From: Chthoniobacterales bacterium
Lineage (GTDB): Bacteria; Verrucomicrobiota; Verrucomicrobiia; Chthoniobacterales; Chthoniobacteraceae
Direction of reading: 5' to 3'
Length of the DNA stretch: 64,000 nt
NCBI GenBank assembly: GCA_038207335.1
Contig: JBBQZX010000017.1
Span: 1-64,000, forward strand
The notes below the pieces were generated by a model that saw only the letters and a list, made by a program, of their open reading frames with translations, was not told the origin of the DNA and did not search any database. Numbering within the stretch: position 1 is the first letter of the stretch; each line of letters begins with the position of its first letter. Position numbers and translations under genes: made by a program. Shown piece after piece: positions 46,958-58,373 of the stretch.

Positions 46958-48435
46958 CCGTTGTATTCCGTGCGCCGCACCTCGAGCGCCTGGGTCGCCA
47001 CCGCCACGTCGTCGAACGGCACGGTGCTGCCCGCGATTTCCTGATAATTTTCGTGCCCCTTGCCCGCGATCAAAACGATGTCGCGCGGCTCTGCCATTTC
47101 GATCGCGCGCGTGATCGCCTCGCGCCGGTCGGCGATGATCTCGTAGCGCCCGTGTTTCATACCGGGCTTGATGTCCGCGATGATCGCCAGCGGGTCTTCG
47201 TTGCGCGGATTGTCGCTCGTGATGATTCCGAAATCGGCGTGCTCATCGACGACCGCGCCCATCCGGGGACGCTTAGTTTTATCACGGTTTCCGCCACATC
47301 CGAAAACGACGATGAGCCGCGCCGGCTGGAGTTCGCGGCATGTCTTGATGACATTCAGCAGTGCGTCATCGGTGTGCGCGTAATCGACGAAAACTTTGAA
47401 CTGCCGCTGCGCCGGGACTCGCTCGAGACGGCCGGGGACGGACGGCGCATTCGCCATCGCGAGCACGGAGGAGCGGATATCCACGCCGAGAGCGTTCGCG
47501 CCGGCGATCGCGGCGAGGGAGTTATAGACGTTGAAATTTCCGATGAGCGGCAGGCGCACAAGGTAGCTGCGGCCGCCGGCATCGAGCTGGTAGCTGGTGC
47601 CGTTGAAGTCGATGCGCACATTGCTCGCACGGAAATCCGCGTGGACGCCGACGCCGTAAGTCGTGACGGGCAGTTCGTTCGCAAACCGTTTCGCGAGCTG
47701 AGCGCCGAAGCGGTCGTCGAGGTTGATGATCGCTTTCCCCTTCTTTTTCGACTGGTCGCGGAGGCCGGTGAAGAGCCGCGTCTTCGCCTCGAAATAGGCG
47801 TCCATCGTGCCGTGATAATCGAGGTGATCCTGTGTCAGGTTCGTGAAAATTGCGGCGTCGAACTCCACGCCGCGCACGCGCTCCTGAGTAAGCGCGTGAG
47901 AGGAGACTTCCATCGCGACGGTCTTGCAGCCGGCCGAGCGCATCTGCCAGAGCAGCTCGTGCAAATCGAGCGACTCCGGCGTAGTGCGCGGCGCGGGCAA
48001 AATGCGCTCGCCGAATTCATATCGCACCGTGCCGATGAGGCCGCAGCGCAGCAGCATTTGATCGCAGATGTGCTTGATCAAAAACGCAACGGTCGTCTTC
48101 CCGTTCGTGCCGGTGACGGCCGCGATTTTCAAGAACTTCGCGGGGTGCTGGTAAAACGCCGCGGCGAGGTCCGCGAGCGCGATGCGCGCGTTCGGTGCGA
48201 CGATGTTCGTGGCGCGCAATTTGATCTCGCCGTGCTCGCTGACGATAGCCTCCGCTCCTTGGCTCACAGCCTGCGAGACGAAATGCGAGCCATCGACTTT
48301 CTCGCCCTTCAAAGCGACGAAAAGCGCGCCCGGCTGCACGCGGCGTGAGTCGTAGGAAATAGACGTGATTTCGCGATCAACCGGACCGTCGATCTCGGTC
48401 GTGGCCGTGGCGGAAAGCAGCGCCTCGAGTTTCAT
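46954..48435 (-). CDS. murE: UDP-MurNAc-dipeptide--meso-DAP ligase
   Basis: TGTNGKTT, MEVSSH, DHLDYH, DYAHT, DNPR (DAP-type), AGKGHE. Confidence 0.96.
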   Translation of the reverse strand: MKLEALLSATATTEIDGPVDREITSISYDSRRVQPGALFVALKGEKVDGSHFVSQAVSQGAEAIVSEHGEIKLRATNIVAPNARIALADLAAAFYQHPAKFLKIAAVTGTNGKTTVAFLIKHICDQMLLRCGLIGTVRYEFGERILPAPRTTPESLDLHELLWQMRSAGCKTVAMEVSSHALTQERVRGVEFDAAIFTNLTQDHLDYHGTMDAYFEAKTRLFTGLRDQSKKKGKAIINLDDRFGAQLAKRFANELPVTTYGVGVHADFRASNVRIDFNGTSYQLDAGGRSYLVRLPLIGNFNVYNSLAAIAGANALGVDIRSSVLAMANAPSVPGRLERVPAQRQFKVFVDYAHTDDALLNVIKTCRELQPARLIVVFGCGGNRDKTKRPRMGAVVDEHADFGIITSDNPRNEDPLAIIADIKPGMKHGRYEIIADRREAITRAIEMAEPRDIVLIAGKGHENYQEIAGSTVPFDDVAVATQALEVRRTEYNG

Positions 48436-48445
48436 TTTGAAAGCG

Positions 48446-50242
48446 TTAGTCGCGAACCGAGCCTGCCTGCGTCACGATAAGTTCGTTGTCCGGTTCTTCC
48501 GGCGAAGGAGTGAGATTGAGATAGCGCGCGGCCCGCTCCGCGATGCGGGAAAACACAGGCGCGGCGACGATTCCGCCGTAGTTGTTTTCGCGCTTCACCT
48601 TTGGCTCATCGAGCATGACGAGCACGGTAAATTCCGGCGCTTCTGCGGGCATGAATCCGACAAAGGAAACGACGTGCCTGTCGGGATCGTATCCGCCGTG
48701 TGGCCCGGCTTTTTGGGCCGTCCCGGTCTTGCCCGCGACACTGAACCCCGAAACGTGCGCGAGGGCCGCGGTGCCTTTTTTGCTCACTACTTTTACCAGT
48801 CCCTCGCGCACGATATCGACGGCCTCCGTGGTCGCCACGCGGCGCACTTCAGTGCGCTTCATCGACTGCACAACATTTCCGTCCTGGTCGGTGATCGACT
48901 GCACGATTTGCGGCATTAGGAGCACGCCGCCGTTCGCGATCGCGCTCATTGCGGTGACGATTTGCAGCGGAGTCGCGGCGACCTCTTGGCCCATCGGCAC
49001 GTGCGTGATCGAAATCTTTGACCAAGTGTGCGGCGGATGCACGACGCCCGGGATTTCGAACGGGAGATTGATGCCCGTACGCTCGCCGAATCCGAACTTT
49101 CGCACGGCCTCGTAAAGCCGCTGCTCGCCGAGCTGAATGCCGAGCTTTGCAGCGCCGATATTGCTCGAGTGCATGAGCAACTCTTGGATCGTGAGATCGC
49201 CGTATCCGCGGTGATCGTGCAGCGTGCTGCCGCCCCACAGAAACGCGCCATTTTCGCAAAAAATGTAGCTGTTGCGATTCACCAGCCGGAGGCTGAGCGC
49301 AGCGGCGGTCGGCACGATTTTGAAAGTCGAACCCGGCTCCACCATGTCGGTGATTGCGCGATTCAGGCGCGTCGCGATGACCATCGGATCGTCGCTCGGG
49401 TCAATTTCGTTCGGGTCGAAATTCGGGCGATTTGCCATCGCCAAAATCGCGCCGGTCCGCGGATTCATAATGACGCATGTCGCCATCTTCGGGCGGTATT
49501 GTTTGCACGCGATTTCGAGTTCGCTTTCCGCGATTTGCTGGAGCCCCATGTCCACGGTGAGCTGTACGTCGCAACCGTCGCGCGGAGCCCGCTCCTGGCC
49601 GCGATATGGGACGAGTTCGCGCCCCGTACCGGAGCGCTCGACGTATCGAAAGCCATCGCGACCGCAGAGAAATTCATCGAGGTTCTTTTCGATGCCCTCC
49701 ACACCAACGTTGTCCTTGTTCATGTATCCGACGACGTGGCAGAGCATCGAGCCGTTCGGATAATTGCGGTCGGTATCAGGCTCGAAATGAACGCCGCGGA
49801 GCTTCTGCGCCGCGAGCTGATCGGCGATGTCACACGCGATGCTGTCGGCGACTTTTTTCTTGATGACGATGTAGCGCGATGGCGTTTGTTTGCCATCGGT
49901 TTTCGACACGCGCTGCGTCGCCAGCTTTTCCAAAACCTGCGTCTCCGGCATGTCGAGCGCGCTCGCGACGATGCGGGCGATCGCGGGCTGATCCTCCATC
50001 AGCGAGCCATCGGCGATCACGATCTTCATCGGCTCGTTTTGCGCGAGCGACTCGCCGTTCACGTCTCGGATCGCGCCGCGCCTCGCGTAGATCGGTTCTT
50101 TGTTGACGTGCTTCTCCGCTGCCATAGCGGCGAATTCGTCGTGCCGTGTGACTTGCAACTGCACGAGCCGCGCGGAGAAGACCGTGAAGCTGCCCGCAAG
50201 GCCGCAGCACGTCATGAATGCACGCCTCGAGGTGCCGCTCAT
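48446..50242 (-). CDS. ftsI: Division transpeptidase PBP3
   Basis: RLVQLQ anchor, EPGSTFK, SSN, KTGTAQK; dcw position. Confidence 0.92.
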   Translation of the reverse strand: MSGTSRRAFMTCCGLAGSFTVFSARLVQLQVTRHDEFAAMAAEKHVNKEPIYARRGAIRDVNGESLAQNEPMKIVIADGSLMEDQPAIARIVASALDMPETQVLEKLATQRVSKTDGKQTPSRYIVIKKKVADSIACDIADQLAAQKLRGVHFEPDTDRNYPNGSMLCHVVGYMNKDNVGVEGIEKNLDEFLCGRDGFRYVERSGTGRELVPYRGQERAPRDGCDVQLTVDMGLQQIAESELEIACKQYRPKMATCVIMNPRTGAILAMANRPNFDPNEIDPSDDPMVIATRLNRAITDMVEPGSTFKIVPTAAALSLRLVNRNSYIFCENGAFLWGGSTLHDHRGYGDLTIQELLMHSSNIGAAKLGIQLGEQRLYEAVRKFGFGERTGINLPFEIPGVVHPPHTWSKISITHVPMGQEVAATPLQIVTAMSAIANGGVLLMPQIVQSITDQDGNVVQSMKRTEVRRVATTEAVDIVREGLVKVVSKKGTAALAHVSGFSVAGKTGTAQKAGPHGGYDPDRHVVSFVGFMPAEAPEFTVLVMLDEPKVKRENNYGGIVAAPVFSRIAERAARYLNLTPSPEEPDNELIVTQAGSVRD

Positions 50243-50604
50243 GGCGTCGTCCTTTCGTTGGAAACCGCGCGGATTTCACTGGCTGATTTTCTCGAGCCGA
50301 GGTCGAGGCGCACAAGACGATCGTCGGTAATCGGGACGAGCTTGATGAAGCCTGAGTCGAGCCGGCGCTGGAGCGCGGCGCGGGAGGAAAGGAGCGCAAT
50401 TTTCGAACGCACGACCTCGTCCTGCGTAGTGAGTTCGGCGAGCTCGCGCTCAAGTGCCTTGGTCTTCGTCCCAGTCGTGATGCTCTGGTTTTTCAGATAG
50501 ACGTATCCAAGCCCGGCGAAGCCGATCACCACACAGATGAGCACCCATCCCGTGATCAGTGCGAGCGGGACGGTATTGGCGTGACGATGACGATTTGCGG
50601 CCAT
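50239..50604 (-). CDS. FtsL-like protein
   Basis: Single TM plus coiled coil, between rsmH and ftsI. Confidence 0.7.
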   Translation of the reverse strand: MAANRHRHANTVPLALITGWVLICVVIGFAGLGYVYLKNQSITTGTKTKALERELAELTTQDEVVRSKIALLSSRAALQRRLDSGFIKLVPITDDRLVRLDLGSRKSASEIRAVSNERTTP

Positions 50605-50617
50605 GGCGTTGGGGGAG

Positions 50618-51610
50618 TTAGAGCTTTTCGACGACCCGTAGTTTCGCGCTTCGAGACCGCGGATTGGCGCGCTGCTCGGCGTCGGAAGCAGCGACGGCCT
50701 TGCGCGTGATTTTCTTGAAAATGTGATCGGGATTCCGGCGCGGCGCGGGCCACTCTGGGCGGTCGAGAAACTCCGCCGCGCGGTGCGCGAAGAACGCTTT
50801 CACGACGCGATCTTCCAAAGAGTGAAACGTGATTGCGGCGAACCGTCCGCCGTTCGCTAGCCGGCTGGAAAATTGCGCAAGCGCAGTTTCGAGCGCTTCG
50901 ATTTCACGATTCACTGCGATGCGGAGCGCTTGGAAAACGCGAGTCGCCGGATGCGTCTTGCCATGGCGAGGAACGACACTTTCCACCGCCTCCGCGAGCT
51001 GCAGCGTGCGGGTGAAAGGCGCGACCATGCGGTCACGCACGAGCCGCGCGGCAATTTTGCGCGCGGCGGGCTCCTCGCCAAATGCGCGGAAGATGCGCTC
51101 GAGTTGCTCGCCGCTCATCGTATTCACGAGGTCGGCGGCGGAGATGGGCGCGCCTGGGTCCATGCGCATGTCGAGTGGCCCGTCGTGCATGAATGAAAAG
51201 CCGCGTGCCGCAGAATCGAGCTGATGCGAGGAGACGCCGATGTCGATGAGCGCGCCGTCGATCTGCGCGATACCGAGCGAATCGAGCACGGCGGCGATGT
51301 TGGTGAAATTGGCTCGAACCCCGGTGAACTGAGCGCCGAATCTCGCGAGCCGCTTCGATGCAAATGCGATCGCGTCGGGATCCTGGTCGAACCCGATGAC
51401 GCACGCGCCGGCCGCCAGCAGCGCCTCGGAATGTCCGCCGCCTCCGAGTGTGCCATCGACGATCACGCGGCCCCGCACGGGCGCGAGCCGCTCGACGGTT
51501 TCCGCGAGCAGGACGGATTCGTGATATTCGTGGCGTGCGATTTTCAAAATGGGAATGCGAGGCCGCGAAGTGACTCGCGGCAACGATTTGACTTCTGCCG
51601 TGGCCGTCAT
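50618..51610 (-). CDS. rsmH: 16S rRNA m4C1402 methyltransferase
   Basis: DGTLGGGGHS, GVSSHQLD, PLDMRMD, FHSLEDR, NPRSRSAKLR. Confidence 0.97.
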   Translation of the reverse strand: MTATAEVKSLPRVTSRPRIPILKIARHEYHESVLLAETVERLAPVRGRVIVDGTLGGGGHSEALLAAGACVIGFDQDPDAIAFASKRLARFGAQFTGVRANFTNIAAVLDSLGIAQIDGALIDIGVSSHQLDSAARGFSFMHDGPLDMRMDPGAPISAADLVNTMSGEQLERIFRAFGEEPAARKIAARLVRDRMVAPFTRTLQLAEAVESVVPRHGKTHPATRVFQALRIAVNREIEALETALAQFSSRLANGGRFAAITFHSLEDRVVKAFFAHRAAEFLDRPEWPAPRRNPDHIFKKITRKAVAASDAEQRANPRSRSAKLRVVEKL

Positions 51611-52062
51611 AAGCCGAGGTCAGCGAGGCACGGTGTCGCGATCGTTTCCGAGTGCATTCGCACGATCTCAAACTCCGCCACGTTCCAAATTTCGAAAGAC
51701 TTCATGGCCCCCACGAGCACCACTTCGCCGGCGAGCGCGAAGCGTTTGCAAAAGTCATCTGGCACGACCAGCCGACCGGCTTTGTCGATCCAGCATTGGC
51801 GCGCTCTCGCACCGAGCGTACGCTGGATTTCGAGCAGTTGGACGCCGGAATATTTCAGGGCGGCATCGGCCTGCACCCGGTCGAGCTCTACGCGCGGCAG
51901 CGCCTTCACGCAGTCCTTGTTGCTGCTCAGCATGAGGAACAACTCCGCTTCCTCCTCGAAGCGCCAACTCGACGGGATCGTCACGCGGCTCTTGCCATCG
52001 AGGGAATGGCGAAACTCGCCCGCGAACAGCGGCCGAGCAGAGTCTGGTTGAATGAGGTTCAT
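51607..52062 (-). CDS. mraZ: dcw cluster transcriptional repressor
   Basis: F.GEF.HSLD.K.R..IP, D..GR, FEIW; first gene of the dcw cluster. Confidence 0.9.
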   Translation of the reverse strand: MNLIQPDSARPLFAGEFRHSLDGKSRVTIPSSWRFEEEAELFLMLSSNKDCVKALPRVELDRVQADAALKYSGVQLLEIQRTLGARARQCWIDKAGRLVVPDDFCKRFALAGEVVLVGAMKSFEIWNVAEFEIVRMHSETIATPCLADLGL

Positions 52063-52075
52063 CGCGCGTGCGCTT

Positions 52076-52110
52076 TGGGAATTCGTCCCATTTCCTCCCA
52101 AAACGCGACA
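52076..52110 (-). promoter_or_regulatory. Candidate MraZ-binding repeats
   Basis: Minus-strand TGGGA at 52100-52096 and 52090-52086 (10-bp period), degenerate TGTCG 10 bp upstream, inverted TGGGA at 52076-52080. Confidence 0.65.
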
Positions 52111-52318
52111 CCTTATCCGTCGCGTTCAAAAAAAGGTCAACGATCGATTTCACTAAATTTTTCGCGTCGCGCCGCACCATCATTTTCCCGCAGTGCCGCA
52201 CTGATTCTTGGGGGAAATGCGAGGACGTTTTTGAGTCCATGCGCGCCGCTTGGATTTGGGCGGTGAAAAAATGTTCGTCTCGGCGAGGGCGCCGAAATCA
52301 GCCGCGGGCGCGCGTGCG

Positions 52319-54064
52319 CTACCTGGCGGCGAGCGCGCTATCGGGGCGCGTTTCCATGAGGCTCGTTGCGCAGAGCTTCGCGTAGGTGCCGCTCAGCGCG
52401 ATAAGCTCCTCGTGCCGTCCTCGCTCGATGATCCGCCCGCGATCCATCACTAGGATTTGATCCGCGTGCCGCACGGTCGAGAGCCGGTGCGCGATCACAA
52501 AGCTCGTGCGCTGCGCCATAAGCCGGTCGAGCGCTTGCTGAATCAGCCGCTCCGTCTGCGTGTCCACGCTCGCCGTCGCCTCGTCGAGCACGAGGATCGG
52601 TGGATCCTTCAGTAGCGCCCGCGCGATCGAAATGCGCTGCTTTTCGCCGACGCTCAATTTCACCCCGCGCTCGCCAACGATCGCCTCCAACCCGTCCGGC
52701 AGACGCTCGACAAAATCGCGCGCGTTCGCCGCCTCCAGCGCATCCCAAAGCTCCCCATCCGTCGCCTCGGGATTTCCGAGCCGCAAGTTGTCGCGAACCG
52801 TTCCGTTGAAAAGAAAACTCTCCTGCGTGACCATGCCGACCGCTGTGCGCAGCGCGCTTTTCGAGAGCGAGGAAATCGGTTTTTCATCAATCAAAATCTC
52901 GCCCGAATCGAACTCGTAAAAACGCGTGAGCAAATTCACGAGCGTCGATTTTCCAGCGCCCGTGTGGCCGACCAGCGCGATCGTCTCGCCGGGCCGCGCG
53001 TGCAGCGTGATCTGGTGCAGGACCGGCACCGCTTCGTCGTATGAAAAGCTCACTTTTTGAAAGCGCACATCGCCCGCGATCTCGACCAGCTCATCCTGCT
53101 CCGCGTGGCCGGGCTCCACTTTTTCATCCATGATCTCGAACACGCGCTCGCCCGCCGCGCGGCCTGATTGGATGAGCTGATTCAGGCTGTGGAGCTTCCC
53201 GATCGGCTCGTAGAGAAAGCCCGCGAGCAGCAGAAAACCGACGAGATCGCCGACGCTCATCGCACCGTCGAGGACGGCCTGCCCGCCGAATCCGATGACG
53301 AGCACGAGCCCGAGCGAATTGAAAAAAGTCATCGTCGGATTGTAGATTGCCCACACGCGCATCACGACGAGCGTGGCCTCGCGGAGCTGCTGGCTCACGC
53401 CGTTGAAACGCGCGTGCTCCTCGCGTTCGCGGACGTACGTTTTGATCTGCCGGATGCCCGCGAGATTGTCGTGCAGAAGCGCGTTCATCGCCGATGAAGC
53501 CTTGCGCTGCAGCCGATAGCGCCGGTGAGCGGTGAGCGTGTAGGCGAGCGCGCCGCCGATCAAAAGCGGCAGCGGCACGAGCGCCAAAAGCGCGAGCTTC
53601 GCGTTATAAAAAAACAGCAGTGTGCCGACCACGAGCGCCTGCAAAACGGCCACGACTCCCTGCTCGATTCCGTCGATTAAAACGCGCTCCACAGACGTCA
53701 CATCTTCAAGCAGCCGCGTCATGATGTCGCCAGTCGCGCGGTTATCGAACCACGTCAGCGGGAGCTGTTGGATGTGCGAGTAGAGATCGCTCCGCAGGTC
53801 GAAGATCACCTTCTGCTCGAACGTATTATTCAGCACGATCCGCAGGCCGTTGAAGAGGTCGCGCAGGAAAAATGTGACGAGCGCGATGACCGCATACCTC
53901 CACAAATTCTCGCGATGCCCGGCGCGGACCTCGTCGATCACGAGCTGCGTCACTTTTGGAAAAACGGTGACCATGAGCGTCGTCACCACCGCGCAAGCCA
54001 GCGTCCCCACAGCCATCCAAGGATAGCCGCGGATGTAGGCAAAGACGCGAAGGACCGTTTTCAT
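52319..54064 (-). CDS. ABC exporter, fused permease/ATPase (MsbA-like)
   Basis: TM domain plus GHTGAGKST, LSVGEKQR, LDEAT, IAHRLST. Confidence 0.95.
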   Translation of the reverse strand: MKTVLRVFAYIRGYPWMAVGTLACAVVTTLMVTVFPKVTQLVIDEVRAGHRENLWRYAVIALVTFFLRDLFNGLRIVLNNTFEQKVIFDLRSDLYSHIQQLPLTWFDNRATGDIMTRLLEDVTSVERVLIDGIEQGVVAVLQALVVGTLLFFYNAKLALLALVPLPLLIGGALAYTLTAHRRYRLQRKASSAMNALLHDNLAGIRQIKTYVREREEHARFNGVSQQLREATLVVMRVWAIYNPTMTFFNSLGLVLVIGFGGQAVLDGAMSVGDLVGFLLLAGFLYEPIGKLHSLNQLIQSGRAAGERVFEIMDEKVEPGHAEQDELVEIAGDVRFQKVSFSYDEAVPVLHQITLHARPGETIALVGHTGAGKSTLVNLLTRFYEFDSGEILIDEKPISSLSKSALRTAVGMVTQESFLFNGTVRDNLRLGNPEATDGELWDALEAANARDFVERLPDGLEAIVGERGVKLSVGEKQRISIARALLKDPPILVLDEATASVDTQTERLIQQALDRLMAQRTSFVIAHRLSTVRHADQILVMDRGRIIERGRHEELIALSGTYAKLCATSLMETRPDSALAAR

Positions 54065-54227
54065 TTCGAGGGCGGATACCTTCGGCGCAAACCCCGCGCT
54101 GACAAGCCGCGCAAACATCAGCGCGATTTTTAGGGGGGGCTTCACCCTATTGCAGAAGGCGCAGCGCGACGCGTAAAACACGAGTGCGTTGCGGTCGCAT
54201 TCAGCGAGGCCACGCATCTTTTTCACG

Positions 54228-57200
54228 ATGCCCGACGCGAATCTTCCAAACGTCAATTTCACAAGCGAAGTCCGGTTTGCAGTCGTCATGTATGGCGGCG
54301 TGTCGCTCGCGATTTACATCAACGGCGTCACGCAGGAACTGCTCGACATGGTGCGCGCAACAGCGCCGAGCACATCGGGCGGCGCGGACGCTCTCGTCCC
54401 GGATGCGGAATTGAAAGGCGCGATGCCAGTCTATCGGCGGCTCGGGCAGTACTTGGAAAACGAGCGCAAAAAACTCGTCGCACGCTCGAAGCCGCTGGAT
54501 GGAGTGCCGGAGGCTGAGATCGACGACTGGAATGCGTGGCGCTCCGCGGAGATTAAGACGCGGTTCATCGTCGATGTGATTTCCGGCACCTCTGCGGGCG
54601 GGATTAACGGCGTATTTCTCGCGAAAGCGCTTGCCAATAACCAGGGCCTCGACGGGCTGAAAAACCTGTGGATGAGCGAAGGCGACCTCGCGCGCCTGCT
54701 CAATGACAGCGGCTCGATCGCCGACCTGCGCGAGTACGGACTCCGGGTCGCCGAGCCGCGCGAATCGCTCCTGAACAACCAGCGAATGTATCGAAAACTA
54801 CTCGAAGCGCTCGAGACGATGCAGCCGCCGGCAGCCGCCGAGCCCGCCGCTGCCTCCCCACTGGTCGCCGAGCTCGATCTTTTCATCACGACGACCGACA
54901 TCGCCGGAATCCCCCTGCCCATCAGCCTCGCCGACGGACTCATCTTCGAGCGGCAGCATCGGAACGTCTTCCATTTTCGCTACGACGACTTCGACGCAGT
55001 GAACAAGAATCAGAGCGAAGACGACGGCGTTTCGAACGACTTCCTCAAGCCAAACGATCCCTTCCTCGCGTACGCCGCACGCTGCACTTCGTCGTTTCCA
55101 TTCGCATTCGAGCCCATGCGGCTCAGCGACATCGATGCAGTCACGCGGACTTTTTGGAAAGGTCATCCGTATTTCGACGCAGCGGACCGCACCGCGGATT
55201 GGGGGCGCTTTTTCGAAAACTACCTCCGCACCTCGCTTGCCGAGATCCAGCAGCGCCTGAGCGGCAGGAAGTCGGAGCGACCGGCGAAGACTGAACTAGA
55301 AGCCTATCGGGCCAAGCTGCAAACCCAGCTCCGCGCGGATTTTCGCGATCGCGCTTTTGGCGACGGCGGCTATCTCGACAACAAGCCCTTCAGCCACGCG
55401 ACCGCGATCCTCATGCGCCGCCGCGCGGATGTACCAGTCGCGCGAAAGCTGATCTACATCGAGCCCGCGCCCGAGCATCCCGAGCGGCTGCCGGAGAAAA
55501 AAGAGAAGCCCGATTTTCTCCAGAATGTGCTCGCGGCAGTGGTCGATCTTCCTCGCCAGGAGACGATACGCGAGGACCTCGAACGGCTCTTCGAGCGCAA
55601 CCGCATGGTCGAGCGAATCGGTGCGCTGTCACGCGATGTGGATGACGATCTCGCAGCGACGCCGGTCGGATGGCTTCGCCTGCCGTTTCACGATTCATGG
55701 CTCGCGGACCTGATCGCGCTGCATGGGGTAAGCTACGGCGCGTATCACCGGTTGAAGCTCGAGGAAATCACCGCGCTGCTCAGCGAGAGAATCGCGCAAG
55801 CGGCATCGTTCAGCCCGGACTCACAGGAGGGCTCGGCGTTGCTCGAGGTCGTGCGTGCTTGGCGGACGCAGAATTTTGCCGCGAACCAAAACGGCGTTGG
55901 AAAACGCAGCGAAAACGCGTTTCTCGCCGATTTCGACATACGTTTTTGCCTGCGCCGACTTGCCTTCGCCGCGCGGCGTATCAACGAACTCGCGCGCCTC
56001 GACGACAATGCTTTTCGGATCATCGAAAGTGCGTTCGTCTCGATCCAGACTCGCGGCACGGGGGCGGCAGCCAATCGTGCCGAGGCGCGCGCGGAAGCCC
56101 GCCGCATCATCGCGCGACTGGAGATGGACTCTGAATGGCGCGCGGCTTTTCGCGCCGAGCTGAACGCGATCAAGAAGAATAAAGTCAGCCCGCACGTCCT
56201 CGCGAACCGACGGCGCGAAGAAGAGATGCACCGCTGCCCACAAGAAATCCAAATCGGCGACGCGACCACTAGCGTGACGCTCGGTGATCTCATCGGGAAA
56301 CTCGGCATCGCGTGGGCCGACTTAGTCGCGCTCATGGATGCCGCCGCCTCCGAGCGACCTGCGCTCGCCCGCGACCTCATCGCACCACCCGAGCGGATGC
56401 TTGCCCTGCGCGAGATCGAGGAGTTCTTCCGCGCCTCATTTGGCGGTGCCGGCGGCGTAGCCGTTTCGAGCGATTCCGACACCGATTTTGCGGACGCCGC
56501 CGTGCTCGCTCGGCGGATCGTCGAACATTTCCGGAAATCGTTTCAGCTCTACGATCTCGTCACATTTCCCGTACAGTTTGGCAGCGGAGCGGGCGAGGCG
56601 AATATCGTGCAAGTCAGCCGCATCAGCCCGGAAGACGCCGTCGGTCTCATCGACGAGCGCAACGACCCTCGGCGCAAACTGGCCGGCACGACGCTCATGA
56701 ATTTCGGCGCATTCCTCCAGCGCTCGTGGCGGCGAAATGACATGCTCTGGGGCCGGCTCGATGGCGCGGAAAGGCTGATCTGCGCAGTGTTTGCGCCCGA
56801 GGACGATACCGAAAAAGCGATCCGTCGCGGCCTCATCGTCGAGGCACAAAAAGCGATCCTCCGCGATGAACTTACTTCCGCCGATCATGTGTCCATCTGC
56901 AAGCTGATCGGCCAATTTGTCTCGGACGCCGGGCCTACTCGGCGCGATGCCGCGGCGCTCCGCGAATTCGTCGCGTCGGCGCTAGCGAACGATCCCGCTC
57001 TGCCGACGCGCGTCGAGGCGATCCTCCAGAGCTGCCTCGGCACGGAGGACAAGCTGTGGGATTTCTACACGAAGAGCTACGAGGTCGATCGCAGCGTCGA
57101 TGCTGAGAGTGCCGTGCGGCTCATCGCGCGCTCCACCGACATCGTCGGGCGGATGCTGCAGCAGCTCGCGCACACTTATCGCGCCGATCCCGCGGGCCGC

Positions 57201-58373
57201 GTCGCGCAGCGCATCGCCATGCTCGGCCGCATCTTCTGGCACATCGTCGAGGTCGCGGTGCCGCGCAGCCTGCCGTCGCTATTTTTTCAGCATTGGATCG
57301 GCGTCATTTACGTCCTCGATTTCATCCTGATTTTCGGCGGCATCCTGTTCGGGCACGACGAGGTGAAAAATTTCGGCTGGTCTCTGCTCGCGGTCACCAT
57401 CGGCGTAAATGTCATCGTCGCCGGGCTCACCGATTACATCACCGGACGTCTGAAATCTTTCGTCGTCCTGCGCGCCCTGCTCGCCGCCGCACTCATCGCG
57501 CTTCTCGCATGCGGCGTCACGTTCGTCGCCGCACATTTTTCCGCGATCCCGCGCGAAGACGAAAACATCATCGGCATATCGATGGCCGGGCTCTTCGCGC
57601 TCGTCCTCGGGTGGGCGGAGTGGAAACGGGGGCTGCGCCTTCTCGACGACGCACGCCCCGAGCCGGTTCGATGGCAGCCGCTCGCATTGCTTGCCGGCCT
57701 CGCCACATTTTTCGGCATCGCTCTCACCATCATCGGTCCGGGAAAAATGGCAGCAGTCGAACTCGCGGGCTCTTCCCAAGCGCTCGCCCGATGGATCGGC
57801 TGGCATCCGACATGGCAATGGCGCACCCAACTCATCGTCGATTTCCCGTTCATCCTCTTCTACGTCGCGCTGCTCTCGTCCGCTTGCGCTGCGGCGGCGC
57901 GCTTCTGGACGGCACGTGCCGCCGCCGTGAAAGCCGCGGACGAAACGGTAGCTGCAATTAAAGCCCGTGATGCCACCGGGCGCCGTTTTTCCGGCTTCGC
58001 GCGAATCACGTTTGCCATCGGAGGATTGCAGTGGCTCGCGGGCGGCTTCGATGGGGTGGAAAATTGGGCACTCCTTCACTTCCTAGACCACACGGAATCG
58101 CTGGCGGCTCCGCGGATCGCATTCCTCGCAGCGTTCCTGAAATTTTGCCTCACGGTCGTTGGCTGTCTTTGCGCAGCCATCGGCATTTGGTTCGCGCAAC
58201 CGCCGCTCCCTTCTCCGGAGAATGCCCGTGCCAAGCGCGACCGTAACGCGTGGAGAATCGCCGCCGCAGTGCTCGTCGTGACGGCGATCATTTTCGCCAA
58301 ATCCGCCCTCTCCGGGCTGCGCGCGCCGCCGCCAAATCAAGCGCCCATCAGCATTCCCGCATCCGTGCGTTGA
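54228..58373 (+). CDS. Patatin-like phospholipase (DUF3376-type) with multi-TM C-terminus
   Basis: [34 protein letters not shown]....WR.ND..WGRLD; many hydrophobic segments in the last ~370 aa. Confidence 0.88.
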   Translation: MPDANLPNVNFTSEVRFAVVMYGGVSLAIYINGVTQELLDMVRATAPSTSGGADALVPDAELKGAMPVYRRLGQYLENERKKLVARSKPLDGVPEAEIDDWNAWRSAEIKTRFIVDVISGTSAGGINGVFLAKALANNQGLDGLKNLWMSEGDLARLLNDSGSIADLREYGLRVAEPRESLLNNQRMYRKLLEALETMQPPAAAEPAAASPLVAELDLFITTTDIAGIPLPISLADGLIFERQHRNVFHFRYDDFDAVNKNQSEDDGVSNDFLKPNDPFLAYAARCTSSFPFAFEPMRLSDIDAVTRTFWKGHPYFDAADRTADWGRFFENYLRTSLAEIQQRLSGRKSERPAKTELEAYRAKLQTQLRADFRDRAFGDGGYLDNKPFSHATAILMRRRADVPVARKLIYIEPAPEHPERLPEKKEKPDFLQNVLAAVVDLPRQETIREDLERLFERNRMVERIGALSRDVDDDLAATPVGWLRLPFHDSWLADLIALHGVSYGAYHRLKLEEITALLSERIAQAASFSPDSQEGSALLEVVRAWRTQNFAANQNGVGKRSENAFLADFDIRFCLRRLAFAARRINELARLDDNAFRIIESAFVSIQTRGTGAAANRAEARAEARRIIARLEMDSEWRAAFRAELNAIKKNKVSPHVLANRRREEEMHRCPQEIQIGDATTSVTLGDLIGKLGIAWADLVALMDAAASERPALARDLIAPPERMLALREIEEFFRASFGGAGGVAVSSDSDTDFADAAVLARRIVEHFRKSFQLYDLVTFPVQFGSGAGEANIVQVSRISPEDAVGLIDERNDPRRKLAGTTLMNFGAFLQRSWRRNDMLWGRLDGAERLICAVFAPEDDTEKAIRRGLIVEAQKAILRDELTSADHVSICKLIGQFVSDAGPTRRDAAALREFVASALANDPALPTRVEAILQSCLGTEDKLWDFYTKSYEVDRSVDAESAVRLIARSTDIVGRMLQQLAHTYRADPAGRVAQRIAMLGRIFWHIVEVAVPRSLPSLFFQHWIGVIYVLDFILIFGGILFGHDEVKNFGWSLLAVTIGVNVIVAGLTDYITGRLKSFVVLRALLAAALIALLACGVTFVAAHFSAIPREDENIIGISMAGLFALVLGWAEWKRGLRLLDDARPEPVRWQPLALLAGLATFFGIALTIIGPGKMAAVELAGSSQALARWIGWHPTWQWRTQLIVDFPFILFYVALLSSACAAAARFWTARAAAVKAADETVAAIKARDATGRRFSGFARITFAIGGLQWLAGGFDGVENWALLHFLDHTESLAAPRIAFLAAFLKFCLTVVGCLCAAIGIWFAQPPLPSPENARAKRDRNAWRIAAAVLVVTAIIFAKSALSGLRAPPPNQAPISIPASVR

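Noticed and set aside
54228..58373. Patatin as part of a CBASS or other multi-gene defence operon
   Set aside because: No cyclase or other defence gene adjacent; neighbours are an ABC exporter and dctA
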